A stretch of DNA of 64,000 bases, from NCBI GenBank assembly GCA_963669175.1, contig OY769902.1:5184001-5248000 (forward strand), given 5' to 3'. Below are positions 1 through 10,247 of this stretch, piece by piece. Source of the DNA: a bacterium (lineage in GTDB: Bacteria; Electryoneota; Electryoneia; Electryoneales; Electryoneaceae). The position numbers and the translations under genes were made by a program. Within the stretch, counting starts at the first letter, position 1. Every line of letters starts with the position of its first letter. Under the pieces are notes generated by a model. The model made no database searches, was not told the DNA's origin, and saw only the letters and a program-made list of their open reading frames with translations.

Positions 1-381
1 CGGGCGCCAGCGCCCGGGCCACGCGAATTGTCGTCTCTTTTTTCATTTTTTCACTGTCTACTTTTTTTTACTTCGATATGTCATCCCCTCCCCGAATGCT
101 GTTGTCGGGGATCAAACGGGGATATCGAGGATCAGTGTGCCGGCACTCCCGACTTGCTCACATGCCTTTCCGGTAATCCAGATTGTGTCAACATAGCCAC
201 ATTTTCGAAAACGAATAAAGCAAACCCTGCAAGTCGGGCCAAACGGGACTGGCGTTTATTCAAGCATCCCCGGCCAGGCATGGCCGGGCTACGAGATTCC
301 AATTACACCGGGCGCCAGCGCCCGGGCCACGCGACTTGTCGTCTCTTTTTTCATTTTTTCACTGTCTGCTTTTTTCACTTC
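1..381. repeat. ~73-bp direct repeat pair (1-73 and 309-381); its T-rich half recurs inverted near 12697-12735 and 15546-15590
   Basis: cgggcgccagcgcccgggccacgcga.ttgtcgtctcttttttcattttttcactgtct occurs twice; the reverse-complement-like agtgaaaaaagta.tcagtgaaaaaagtgaaaaa occurs at the other two sites. Confidence 0.85.
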
Positions 382-549
382 TTTCGAGAAATGTTAGCCC
401 TGCTTTACTCCCCTTGAGAATACGACGCTATAAAGCTCAATGCAACGTCAGGCAGGCATTTCACGACTTCTCTTGTGCCATGAAATGAAGTATTTGAGCA
501 GGGTGCAACCAACTGCGATCTCATTCATCTAAAAATTCAAACAACCAAC

Positions 550-825
550 ATGAAGGTGATAAAGATGGCAGTTCAAACCAGGCAAAGCAGTCGTGTGGTG
601 GTGTTCAGCACACCGACCTGTTCATGGTGCCGGAAGCTGAAAACCTACCTGAAACAGAACCAGGTACGTTTCAAGGACGTGGATGTATCACGTGATGCCA
701 ATGCCGCTCGTGACATCGCACGCCGTACCGGGCAGATGGGTGTCCCGGTCACCCTGATCAACAACCACCCCATCGTGGGCTTCGATAAGGCGCAAATCGA
801 CCGGATGCTCGGTTTACGCGGGTAA
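550..825 (+). CDS. glutaredoxin/NrdH-redoxin-like protein
   Basis: CSWC active site, GVPV and VGFD motifs, ~90 aa (start may be 565). Confidence 0.9.
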   Translation: MKVIKMAVQTRQSSRVVVFSTPTCSWCRKLKTYLKQNQVRFKDVDVSRDANAARDIARRTGQMGVPVTLINNHPIVGFDKAQIDRMLGLRG

Positions 826-834
826 AGAGCGAAG

Positions 835-1010
835 CAGTGAAGATTGGCCCCGCCGGCTTGAAGCATGCTGAAGCGAAACAGTGAAGATTGGCCCCGCCGG
901 CTTGAAGCATGCTGAAGCGAAACAGTGAAGATTGGCCCCGCCGGCTTGAAGCATGCTGATGCGAAGCAGTGAAGATTGGCCCCGCCGGCTTGAAGCATGC
1001 TGAAGCGAAG
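835..1010. repeat. tandem array of four 44-bp units
   Basis: cagtgaagattggccccgccggcttgaagcatgctgaagcgaaa starts at 835, 879, 923 and 967 with no unique spacers. Confidence 0.95.
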
Positions 1011-1072
1011 CGGAAGCGGCTGCCCGGCGGGGTTTATTCTTATTCAAGTAAGGAAGTCAGTCCTTAAGCAGT

Positions 1073-1135
1073 CAGCATTCAGCATTCAGCATTCAGCATT
1101 CAGCATTCAGCATTCCTCATTCCTAATTCCTAATT
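1073..1135. repeat. heptamer tandem repeat (CAGCATT)n decaying to CCTAATT
   Basis: cagcatt x6 followed by cctcatt cctaatt cctaatt. Confidence 0.95.
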
Positions 1136-1227
1136 GCCGTACCAGGGTAGCCTTCTCCGGGGGCCCCAGGAGAACTTGCTCCTGCTTTCAGCTCCCAACC
1201 GTTGTTATATTTGCACTTTCATCGTGT

Positions 1228-1253
1228 AAAGGCCGGGTGCGCCCGGCCTTTTT
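1228..1253 (+). terminator. intrinsic terminator-like hairpin
   Basis: aaaggccgggtgcgcccggccttttt. Confidence 0.65.
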
Positions 1254-1388
1254 GTAGAACAGCGGTGCAAGGCCGGGAAACAGTCGCCAGCGTATTCGGC
1301 GCAGGGTGATGGCGCATGAAGCAAACGTATCCCGGCATACGTAAACACAAACAACGACAACGCATACAAGCAATTTTGGGAGACAACC

Positions 1389-2507
1389 ATGGCCAAGTAC
1401 AAGATCGCCTGGCTGCCCGGAGATGGCGTAGGCAACGAAGTGATGGATTGCGCGAGGATGGTCCTCGACGCGATGAAGTTTGACGCGGAATACATTCACG
1501 GCGATATCGGCTGGGAATTCTGGAAAGCGGAGGGCGATCCTCTTCCCCAGCGTACGCTCGACATGATGAAGGATACCGACTGCGCGCTGTTCGGCGCTAT
1601 CACCAGCAAACCACGTGATGAAGCGGCCGAAGAGCTGGCCCCGGAACTGCGCGACAAGGGCTATGTCTACTTCAGCCCGATCGTCCGTCTGCGCCAGGAA
1701 CTGAACCTGCACACAAACATCCGTCCCTGCAAGGCTTATCCCGGCAACCCCCTGAACTACAAGGAAGGGATTGACCTGGTCGTGTTCCGCGAGAACACGG
1801 AGGGTCTTTACGGCGGCGTGGAATTCCACCCGATCCCGGAAGAAGTCATGGACGTGCTGGTCAAGCATCACCCGAAAGCGAAAACCTTTGCGGTGCATCC
1901 CCTTGATGATATCGCCATCAGCACACGCATCATGACCCGCAAGGGCTGCTCGAGTATCGTACGTGGCGCCTTCGAATTTGCGAAGAAGATGAACCGTAAA
2001 TCGGTGACAGTCGTTGACAAGCCGAACGTCCTTCGTGAGACCGGCGGCCTGATGGTCCGTACCGCTCGTGAGATCGCGAAAGACTATCCCGGCATCGACC
2101 TGTGGGAAACCAACATCGACGCGCAGGCCATGTGGCTGGTCAAGAACCCGTTCGACTACGATGTCCTGGTCGCAGAAAACATGTTCGGTGACATCCTGTC
2201 CGACCTGGCCGCACAGTTGGTCGGTGGCCTCGGTTTCGCCGCTGCGGGTAACATTGGCGACAACTACGCCGTGTTCGAACCTACCCACGGCAGCGCTCCG
2301 AAATACTTCGGCATGAACAAGGTCAACCCGATCGCCATGCTGATCAGCACCCGCATGATGATCGAATGGCTGGGCGAGCTGGAAGAAGCCGACCGTCTCG
2401 AGAAAGCCATCGCGAAGACCATCGCCGACGGCAAGGTCCGTACCTACGACATGGGCGGCAGCAACACCAATATTGAAGTCGCTGAAGAAGTGGCGAAGAA
2501 TTTGTAA
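1389..2507 (+). CDS. isocitrate/isopropylmalate dehydrogenase family protein
   Basis: [23 protein letters not shown] and FEPTHGSAP motifs; substrate not resolvable by eye. Confidence 0.92.
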   Translation: MAKYKIAWLPGDGVGNEVMDCARMVLDAMKFDAEYIHGDIGWEFWKAEGDPLPQRTLDMMKDTDCALFGAITSKPRDEAAEELAPELRDKGYVYFSPIVRLRQELNLHTNIRPCKAYPGNPLNYKEGIDLVVFRENTEGLYGGVEFHPIPEEVMDVLVKHHPKAKTFAVHPLDDIAISTRIMTRKGCSSIVRGAFEFAKKMNRKSVTVVDKPNVLRETGGLMVRTAREIAKDYPGIDLWETNIDAQAMWLVKNPFDYDVLVAENMFGDILSDLAAQLVGGLGFAAAGNIGDNYAVFEPTHGSAPKYFGMNKVNPIAMLISTRMMIEWLGELEEADRLEKAIAKTIADGKVRTYDMGGSNTNIEVAEEVAKNL

Positions 2508-2795
2508 AAATAGTAACGCAGAAGCAAGATATTTCATGAGGCGGCCAGCAGGTCGCCTCATTTGTTTTCTTCTTCGCACTACAAATCAGAGTTCTTTGGT
2601 TTACGACCAAAATATCAATGAGGTAGACAGGCTCCTTACATTCCGTTGCTTCAAACTCTGGAAAACGAAATCATATCGTATTAGCTTGTTTTGCCGATTG
2701 CGGTATGCTAGTTTTCCAATAAATGAGAAGTAGAATCATCCTACAGGCTTATTTATTGTTTTTTTAACATTTCCCTGACCACTTGGGACATTACG

Positions 2796-4202
2796 ATGAT
2801 TTGGCAACACCTTGGCTTCTCGAAGAACATTTTCTTTATCGAACCACTCATGCCCATTGAGGATGAGATTGGCTTGTTTGCCGGTCGTGAGAATGATATA
2901 AAGAAGTTTATCTTTGATGTTTTCAACGACACCCGCGCTTTGAAAATAGTATCTGGCGAACTTGGGGTCGGAAAAACAACATTTGTAAATGCTTGTCAAT
3001 ATTATTCCTATTCACAGAATTATCCTATAAAAATGGACTTTCCGACACCAAGACTCCTCCCATGCTACGAGAAAATCCAGGTCCGTGACGCCGACACCCT
3101 CGATGATATTGTGCAGAAAGCAATCGTCGCTGTAAGCAGAAGTATCGTCATTCATTGTGACAATGTGGGTATCAAAGCTCCGAAGAAGGCCAAGGAGATA
3201 TTATCTTATTTTCTGGATTTGACTATCAGCACAGGCGGGGCTTCTATTGGAGGTAGTTTTACAGTATTGGGGACAGGTGGTGGTGTTTCCGGAGCAACCG
3301 GAACATCGTCAGCAAATGTTCTCAGGGATGCGAAATATTACCTGAATGAGCTTTCGCAAATCGTACGAGACCAGCTAGAATTGGATGGCTTGTTCATCCT
3401 GATCAACAACCTTGATATTCTGAGTAATAAAAAACTTGTGATGTTCCTAAATGAAGCCAGGGATGAGATTTTTGACATTGATCATATCTATTGGATTTTA
3501 ATCGGAAGAAAAGGGATTGGCAGCATTATCGCGAGTGAATCGGATAGAGTCACTGACTATTTGTCCGGGACCGAAAGCTATCTGGCTCCACTTGATTTTG
3601 ATACTTTGAAGCGAATTATCCACTTGCGGTCCGAAAGACATTCCATTTCAAAGGACAGCAAAATACCATTATCAGATAAAATCATCAGAACATTTCACTA
3701 TCTGTCCTTGAAAGAGACCAGAGAAACTCTGAAAATTTGCGGAGAAATAACCAAAAGAGTTATTCAAATTGATCCATCAATAAAAATAATTCCGGACGAG
3801 ATTGCATTACAAGCATTCGTCCGGTACGCTTATGATTGCACAAAAGACCTTGATTTGAATGAACCGCAGCAAAATGTATTGAAAGCTGTTTATGCAAAAC
3901 GTAGCTGTCGCCCTAAAGACTTCGCTCAGTATGGCTACGGCTCCAGCCAGGGATTCATTGGGGCGCTGAAAGGTTTGGTCCACAAACGACTGCTCACAGT
4001 GGAAGAACGTGGACGCGCACGCATCTATAAACTAACCGGTATGACCGTACTGTCGGCCATTACTGGCGCACTGGGGACAGATATCCAGAAAGAAGCAGAA
4101 GATACTCTTACCAGGGATTTCAGAGAAGGTCACATGCCTGGTGCAGATAACTTCTTTGATGCACAACTTAGCTTGGATTTTGAAGAAGATACAGAAGTAT
4201 AG
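2796..4202 (+). CDS. P-loop ATPase with probable C-terminal winged helix
   Basis: FAGRENDI, Walker A GELGVGKTT, Walker B-like FILINNLD, C-terminal LKGLVHKRLL...GRARIYKLT. Confidence 0.7.
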   Translation: MIWQHLGFSKNIFFIEPLMPIEDEIGLFAGRENDIKKFIFDVFNDTRALKIVSGELGVGKTTFVNACQYYSYSQNYPIKMDFPTPRLLPCYEKIQVRDADTLDDIVQKAIVAVSRSIVIHCDNVGIKAPKKAKEILSYFLDLTISTGGASIGGSFTVLGTGGGVSGATGTSSANVLRDAKYYLNELSQIVRDQLELDGLFILINNLDILSNKKLVMFLNEARDEIFDIDHIYWILIGRKGIGSIIASESDRVTDYLSGTESYLAPLDFDTLKRIIHLRSERHSISKDSKIPLSDKIIRTFHYLSLKETRETLKICGEITKRVIQIDPSIKIIPDEIALQAFVRYAYDCTKDLDLNEPQQNVLKAVYAKRSCRPKDFAQYGYGSSQGFIGALKGLVHKRLLTVEERGRARIYKLTGMTVLSAITGALGTDIQKEAEDTLTRDFREGHMPGADNFFDAQLSLDFEEDTEV

Positions 4203-4209
4203 CACATTG

Positions 4210-7200
4210 TCAACTTAACAATACAACTTTTTGTGTATTATGATATGCTTTATTACCCTTTCTGCTGATATCAATAGACACAAAATACACTCCACTGCTG
4301 ACAGGCCTGTCGCTTTGTGTTGCGCTATTCCACGTCACCACCTGCCGTCCCGCGCCAAGTTGCCCTAGCGAACGCCGGGCAACCTGTTGCCCAAGGATGT
4401 TGAACACGGTCAGGGTGACTTCACTGGGCTGTTTCAGTTCCAACGGGATCATGATGGTTGAGTTGAACGGGTTGGGATAACCGGGTAGCATGGCGTCTTC
4501 TGTGGGTAGAGCCGCCTCTTCCAATCCAGGTGCAGGCCAGCTCGGGTCAAATGGCAACGCGCCACGATCCGACCGTGATCCATCCGGATCCGGAGGAAAC
4601 TCCGGATCACCGGTGTCTATACAGGGCGACTCCGGTTGAAGTCGATAGTCCCCGTTTTCCGCATCGACAAACAGTGGATCACCACACTGATTCTCTGTAC
4701 TATCCAGTGTCGCTCTATCCACATTATGAATTATATCACTATCAACAAATTGGTTGTAGCTGATCCTGACATTTCGTACCCCTTCCATAAAACTAGAGTA
4801 AAACACATATTGATCGACATCAATTATATTGTTTGTTATCTTATATGTTACATTATCCTCATTTTCATTAGTGTCATTAACAAAATATCTACCATTTATA
4901 CAGGTATTATTTATCAATATACTATTACAATGTGATTCTAGCGCTTCATCATACGCATAAAACATATATACATCCCTGCTGATATTATTGTTTATGTGTA
5001 TGTATGAATATTGCATAAAATCATTATCGATATGTACTCCAAACAATAAATTATTCATTGTATTATTACTGTAATATACTCTATTATTACTATACATGGT
5101 CACACTTAGCGCTGTTTTGCAATCTGTAAAATCACACGAATCTACAACAGTGTTTACCATGATTCCACGTATTGCACAATCCGCTATATCATAAAATGAA
5201 CAATTCCGGATTATGCAATTTCTTTTCATTGCCACACCTATTGCTAACCCAATATTTCCGCAGTGGTTGAACCGGCTGTCAAGCAGTGTGGCCTGGTCAC
5301 TGGGATCCAGCACACAATAGCGCCAATAATAGGATACCCGGCAATGCGACAGGTTGATATCCCGGTACTGTTCCAGCCACAATGGTTGAAGAGCATGTTC
5401 GATCACAAGATAATCCAGGTTGAGGATGCCATCACCTTCAGCGTAGATCCCCTGCCAGGCATCCACGGCCGAAGAGGTCGCGCTACGGAAGTAAATGGAA
5501 TCCTCCGCTGTTCCCGCCAAGGTTACCGTCCCATAGATGTCAAATCCGACCAGAGCCCCAAGATCGTGGGTATCACGGAACAACAGCTCTACGCCGGGAT
5601 CGATGGTCAACTGGTCCCGTTCATTGACATAAATCGTATTGCTGATATAGACAGGTGATTCCGCAATGGATAGCCTGCCTGACACCGGCCCTTCCAGTTG
5701 ACTGCGGCAGACACGGACGTGTACGGTTGCCCGTTCTGCGCTATCTGCGGGGGTGTCGTACTGAAGCACGAACAGGAAATCTTCCGCGTCTTCCGGAACC
5801 ATTCCTGTCAGCACCAGGGAGTCTTCCACAGCGTCCAGCTCATCTTCTTCATGTTCCACATGCAACCAGACCGGGTAGTTCAGGTAGGAGATGTTGATAG
5901 CATCGCCATCGTCTGTAGCGCGTGCCGCATAACGGAACATATGACCGGTCACGGCTATGCCTTTACGAGGAGCATCATACACCGGGCTGTGATTGATCCG
6001 GTGATCAAAATAGAAAGCACCGATATCGGGCGGGCTGCCATCCGGATCATAGTTAAAATTGGCGTGCCCGGCATCAATCAATGGCGATACCGCCTGAAGC
6101 GTCAGGTCACCGTTGGCAAGATCAGTGACACGAGGATCGCCTGTGTAATTGTCGAAACCAGGATCAGGGCCGCCGATCATTTCGCCGACGCTGAAAAACC
6201 AGTTGTTACGGAGAATAACCGGGGTGGTCTCATCAAAATACATCCCATAATTCGTAGCATGGTCGCCATACCCGATAACCAGGTTATTGTAGATCGAGGG
6301 AGAACCACCTTCGGCAAAAGTAATGACGGCCTGTTCCGGCCATGCTAAGTAAGGTCTAAAGTCGGTGGAATTGTTTACATAATCGCCGTCAAATCCATAA
6401 AATTGTTGCCCACCCCTAATCAGATTATGAGAAATCAATGAAGAAGAAAGATACCAGCAATTTAATTCGCCATCAACGATATTGTTTTGAAATGTTGCCT
6501 GGCCACCTTGTATGTTCACTGATGTTGGATCATACCTGTTATTTTCCAAAGGATCTCCCAAATATTCAAACGTATTATTCATTATAGTAACTTCGGTATT
6601 GCCTTCAGATCGACTACTAAATGTGCAGATCCTGGAATTCTCTACTAGCGTTGATTGTGTGTTATATACATATATATCCTTTATACAACTGTTTATAACT
6701 ACAATATTACCTGAATCAAAAATGCTAATACGTCCGTTATCCATCACAAGACTATCTACAGATAGAGCAGCAGCATGAGAAACAAAAAAAGAAGAATTCA
6801 CACAAGCACTTCCAATTGTCACATTTGTGATGTCAGCGACACTGCCATAATTCACAAGGGTTTCAAAAATGTTAGAATTTATGCTCAGGTCTTCTAAAAG
6901 CAGGTAGCCACCCGTTTGAGCAATAAAACAGGCCTGATCCCATGGCCATATGTGCGGAAATGAACATTGGCGAATTTCGATTTCGGTACTGGTATCATCA
7001 GCAAAGAAATAGACTGTACCTTCCATCCGGCAGTAGCGAAACAGGCTGGGATTGCTGGTTCCATATTGCCTGAATTCAAAATAACTCATCTCCTCATCTG
7101 CGACATGGAAATAAATCGAATCACCCTCCTGCCCATTGGCGGTTATCTGGCCTTGAATGGCGATGAAGACGGTTGACGTCTCACTATCAAGGATGACTTC

Positions 7201-7458
7201 CACCCCAGGATTGATCACCAGGTTCGATACCGAAAGATCACCCGTCACGATATAGGGACTGCCCTCAACCGTCCAAGTGCCGGATACTGCACCGGATACG
7301 TAGGTCTCGGCATTCAGAATGAAAGGAATAAGAAAAGAAAACACAACGAGATGGAAGAATCGAAGACGAAAAAAATAAAATAAACGAAAGAGGACTTCAG
7401 GCGTGAATGTGCGTTGTGCAGGCAACAAATCACGTTTTCTGAATAGCATGTAAGTCAT
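4210..7458 (-). CDS. large secreted right-handed beta-helix protein with C-terminal YPNPFN (T9SS type A/FlgD-Ig-like) sorting domain
   Basis: signal peptide-like N-terminus, SGTWT..GSPY motif, repeated SP.ID.G...DPDGS..D.GA motifs, YPNPFN...SSGVYF tail. Confidence 0.8.
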   Translation of the reverse strand: MTYMLFRKRDLLPAQRTFTPEVLFRLFYFFRLRFFHLVVFSFLIPFILNAETYVSGAVSGTWTVEGSPYIVTGDLSVSNLVINPGVEVILDSETSTVFIAIQGQITANGQEGDSIYFHVADEEMSYFEFRQYGTSNPSLFRYCRMEGTVYFFADDTSTEIEIRQCSFPHIWPWDQACFIAQTGGYLLLEDLSINSNIFETLVNYGSVADITNVTIGSACVNSSFFVSHAAALSVDSLVMDNGRISIFDSGNIVVINSCIKDIYVYNTQSTLVENSRICTFSSRSEGNTEVTIMNNTFEYLGDPLENNRYDPTSVNIQGGQATFQNNIVDGELNCWYLSSSLISHNLIRGGQQFYGFDGDYVNNSTDFRPYLAWPEQAVITFAEGGSPSIYNNLVIGYGDHATNYGMYFDETTPVILRNNWFFSVGEMIGGPDPGFDNYTGDPRVTDLANGDLTLQAVSPLIDAGHANFNYDPDGSPPDIGAFYFDHRINHSPVYDAPRKGIAVTGHMFRYAARATDDGDAINISYLNYPVWLHVEHEEDELDAVEDSLVLTGMVPEDAEDFLFVLQYDTPADSAERATVHVRVCRSQLEGPVSGRLSIAESPVYISNTIYVNERDQLTIDPGVELLFRDTHDLGALVGFDIYGTVTLAGTAEDSIYFRSATSSAVDAWQGIYAEGDGILNLDYLVIEHALQPLWLEQYRDINLSHCRVSYYWRYCVLDPSDQATLLDSRFNHCGNIGLAIGVAMKRNCIIRNCSFYDIADCAIRGIMVNTVVDSCDFTDCKTALSVTMYSNNRVYYSNNTMNNLLFGVHIDNDFMQYSYIHINNNISRDVYMFYAYDEALESHCNSILINNTCINGRYFVNDTNENEDNVTYKITNNIIDVDQYVFYSSFMEGVRNVRISYNQFVDSDIIHNVDRATLDSTENQCGDPLFVDAENGDYRLQPESPCIDTGDPEFPPDPDGSRSDRGALPFDPSWPAPGLEEAALPTEDAMLPGYPNPFNSTIMIPLELKQPSEVTLTVFNILGQQVARRSLGQLGAGRQVVTWNSATQSDRPVSSGVYFVSIDISRKGNKAYHNTQKVVLLS

Positions 7459-8399
7459 TAAGCCTCCCTTTACACCGTGCTGGGAAAACGTATGCGTGCT
7501 TATAAACTATAATGCAAATATTTCAATAGTCAAGAGAATATCGAGTAAACTATAATAATTTTCAAATTACTCTGGCTCTTACAAAGACCTGATAGCTTAA
7601 ACTTAGAATTTATATATACTTTAGACATTATCGACATGGTTAAACAGCTAATAACAATACACTTATGTGATATAACAATAAGTAAACAATAAGAAAATTG
7701 GATATTGAGAGTTTTAATTAAAACTCATTGGATTCATATCATAGATAGAATAGTATAATTGTTATCAGTTAATAAGCTATTATATATAATATAAGTGTTA
7801 TTACAGAATAAATAAATCATATATAACAGATAATAGGATTTTAGGTGCTTCGCTGTTTCGTGTGGGGTAAAGAAATTCGGCTGCTCACAAGAATTTGTGC
7901 ATATTATCGAAGAGTACGTTTCGTCAGGTCTTGACGTGATGCCTTTTTCTTGTTCTTCTCCGCAATTTTAGACACATGTCCGACTTCACAGATGCTATTT
8001 TACATGATAGATCGTCATCAGGCATCACGTTGTGACCTGACGACAGCGAGAATGCAAATACCGGTGGCAGGTCACAACGCGACAATAACAGGACGAGCGG
8101 TGTTTCAGCATCATCGTGCATTCAGAAAAACATAGCGAAAGCCGAAAACAGAATGTCGCGTCAAGACCTGCCACAACATTGCCCGGATGCACAAATTCTT
8201 GTGAGGAACCAGAAATTCATACTGTAATGCGATTCGACAATAGTATTACGAGTCGTTGCATTGGGATCAGTCTCTGTGGTCTGGTTCCATTGCATGTCCA
8301 CCGAAGGTGGGCCACTTGAATAGCGTGGTGTAACGGTTGGATCAGCCCCATTTTTTCACTGGCAATGCGTACAATATGGCACCCATTTTCCGCTCCCTC

Positions 8400-8428
8400 T
8401 TGCCCCCCGCAACGGTTTGTGGTATACT
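8400..8428 (+). promoter_or_regulatory. putative sigma70 promoter of proS
   Basis: TTGCCC-17 bp-TATACT upstream of the proS start. Confidence 0.5.
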
Positions 8429-8492
8429 TAAAAGTTTAGCGCCTTTGCGGCAGGTAGTCGGGAAACCACGAACTTAGCGATACGGAACCACC

Positions 8493-10223
8493 ATGCGTTT
8501 GTCCAAGGCATTCATGCCGACGTTGAAAGAGATCCCTTCGGATGCAGTAGTTACCAGTCACCGTTTGATGTTGCGCGCCGGGTTGGTGCGTCCTCTGCTG
8601 GCTGGGGTATACAATTACCTGCCGTTCGGCCAGAAGGCTTCGCTCAAGGCCATGACCATTATCCGCGAGGAGATGGACCGGATCGGCGGGCAGGAGTTGC
8701 TGCTGCCGGTACTCAATCCCGTGGAGATCTGGCAGGAGACCGGACGTGACAAGGATATGGGCTCGGAGATGTTCCATCTTCACGACCGTAAGGACCGTGA
8801 ACTGGTGCTCGCCCCGACCCACGAAGAGATCATCTGCAACCTGGCGCGCAATGAGATCCGCAGCTACAAGGAACTGCCCCAGATCTGGTACCAGATCCAG
8901 AGCAAGTTCCGTGATGAACCACGTCCCCGTAGCGGTGAATTGCGTACACGCCAGTTCTTCATGAAAGACGCCTATACGCTGACCGTGAACTATGAAGACC
9001 TGGACGAACTCTACCTGAAGCATCGTGAAGCGTATCAACGCATTTTCCGTCGCGCCGGGCTGGACTATTTCATCGTAGGTGCGTCTTCAGGTGTCATGGG
9101 CGGCACCGGCAGCGAAGAGTTCATGATCGAGTCGGATGCGGGCGAAGATACCTGCGTACTCTGCCGTGAATGTGGTTATGCGGCCAACCAGGAAGTGGCG
9201 ACTTCGAACCTGAAGGAAGATCACCCGCCGGAATCACCGGTCCAGTTCAAGAAGGTACCGACCCCGGGCAAACGGACGGTTGAGGAAGTGTCCGAGTTCC
9301 TGGGCCTGCCCAAGTCTCGCTTCATCAAGTCGCTGGTTTTCATGGGCGATGAGGGTGCGGCGATGGTGCTGGTGCGTGGGGATGACGAAGCCAACGAATC
9401 CAAACTGCAGCCGTTGCTGGGCGCCTCGATGCGTCCCGCGCAGCCCGAGGAAGTCCTTGAGCTGATCGGCGCGGAGATCGGATTCCTCGGACCGGTCGGA
9501 CTGGAGAAGAAGGTCCGCATCATCGCTGACAAGCGTCTGGAAGGGTTGCGGAACATGGCCACCGGCGCAAACGAGAACGAGCATCATGTGATTGGCGTAC
9601 AGGTCGGGGAAACCTTTGAGCCCACGGAATGGGCGGACGTACGCATGGTGCATGAAGGCGAGCCCTGTCCGAAATGCGGAAAGCCGTTGGGTGTCGTACG
9701 AGCTATCGAACTGGGCCACATCTTCAAGCTGGGCACCAAGTACAGCGCCGCGATGGGCGCGACAGTACTCGACCAGAACGGCAAGGAAGTCCCGATTGTC
9801 ATGGGCAGCTACGGTATTGGTGTGGGACGTCTGGTTGCAGCGGTCATCGAGAACGGCGCGGATGATGACGGCATCGTGTGGCCGGTTTCCATGGCGCCGT
9901 ATGAAGTCGTAATCATGCCGTTGAAGATAAAACATGAAGAAAGTGTCCAGATTGCAGATGAATTATATGAAGAAATTCGTACCTTGGGTTGGGATGTAGC
10001 GCTGGATGACCGTAACGCCCGTCCTGGCGTAAAATTCAAGGATGCGGACCTGATGGGCTTCCCCTTCCAGGTGATTATCGGGGAGAAGAACCTGGCCGAG
10101 GGCAAGATCGAGATGAAGCGGCGTTGTGACAGCGAAAAAGTGCTGGTTGCAAAAGACGAAGTACTGGCAAAACTGAAACAGTGGCGCGAGGAAGATCTCG
10201 CACGGACACTACCGGAGGCGTAG
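8493..10223 (+). CDS. proS: proline--tRNA ligase
   Basis: LAPTHEE, KFRDEPRPR, FFMKDAY, IELGHIFKLGTKYS, MGSYGIG motifs, with editing insertion domain. Confidence 0.97.
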   Translation: MRLSKAFMPTLKEIPSDAVVTSHRLMLRAGLVRPLLAGVYNYLPFGQKASLKAMTIIREEMDRIGGQELLLPVLNPVEIWQETGRDKDMGSEMFHLHDRKDRELVLAPTHEEIICNLARNEIRSYKELPQIWYQIQSKFRDEPRPRSGELRTRQFFMKDAYTLTVNYEDLDELYLKHREAYQRIFRRAGLDYFIVGASSGVMGGTGSEEFMIESDAGEDTCVLCRECGYAANQEVATSNLKEDHPPESPVQFKKVPTPGKRTVEEVSEFLGLPKSRFIKSLVFMGDEGAAMVLVRGDDEANESKLQPLLGASMRPAQPEEVLELIGAEIGFLGPVGLEKKVRIIADKRLEGLRNMATGANENEHHVIGVQVGETFEPTEWADVRMVHEGEPCPKCGKPLGVVRAIELGHIFKLGTKYSAAMGATVLDQNGKEVPIVMGSYGIGVGRLVAAVIENGADDDGIVWPVSMAPYEVVIMPLKIKHEESVQIADELYEEIRTLGWDVALDDRNARPGVKFKDADLMGFPFQVIIGEKNLAEGKIEMKRRCDSEKVLVAKDEVLAKLKQWREEDLARTLPEA

Positions 10224-10247
10224 CTTCAGGTTTGTTCGATTGGTCGC

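Noticed and set aside
835-1010. CRISPR array
   Set aside because: Units abut directly with no unique spacers, so this is a tandem repeat.
1137-1205. Riboswitch or attenuator upstream of the dehydrogenase
   Set aside because: A strong hairpin is present (ttctcc..ggagaa) but I recognise no aptamer, T-box or leader-peptide signature.
1188-2579. Long antisense ORFs (also 9234-9935, 10509-11357, 30592-31296)
   Set aside because: They are shadows of GC-rich coding genes on the opposite strand with no recognisable motifs.
7500-7850. Replication origin in the AT-rich intergenic stretch
   Set aside because: No clustered DnaA boxes or iterons are visible. More likely the promoter region of the acquired secreted-protein gene.
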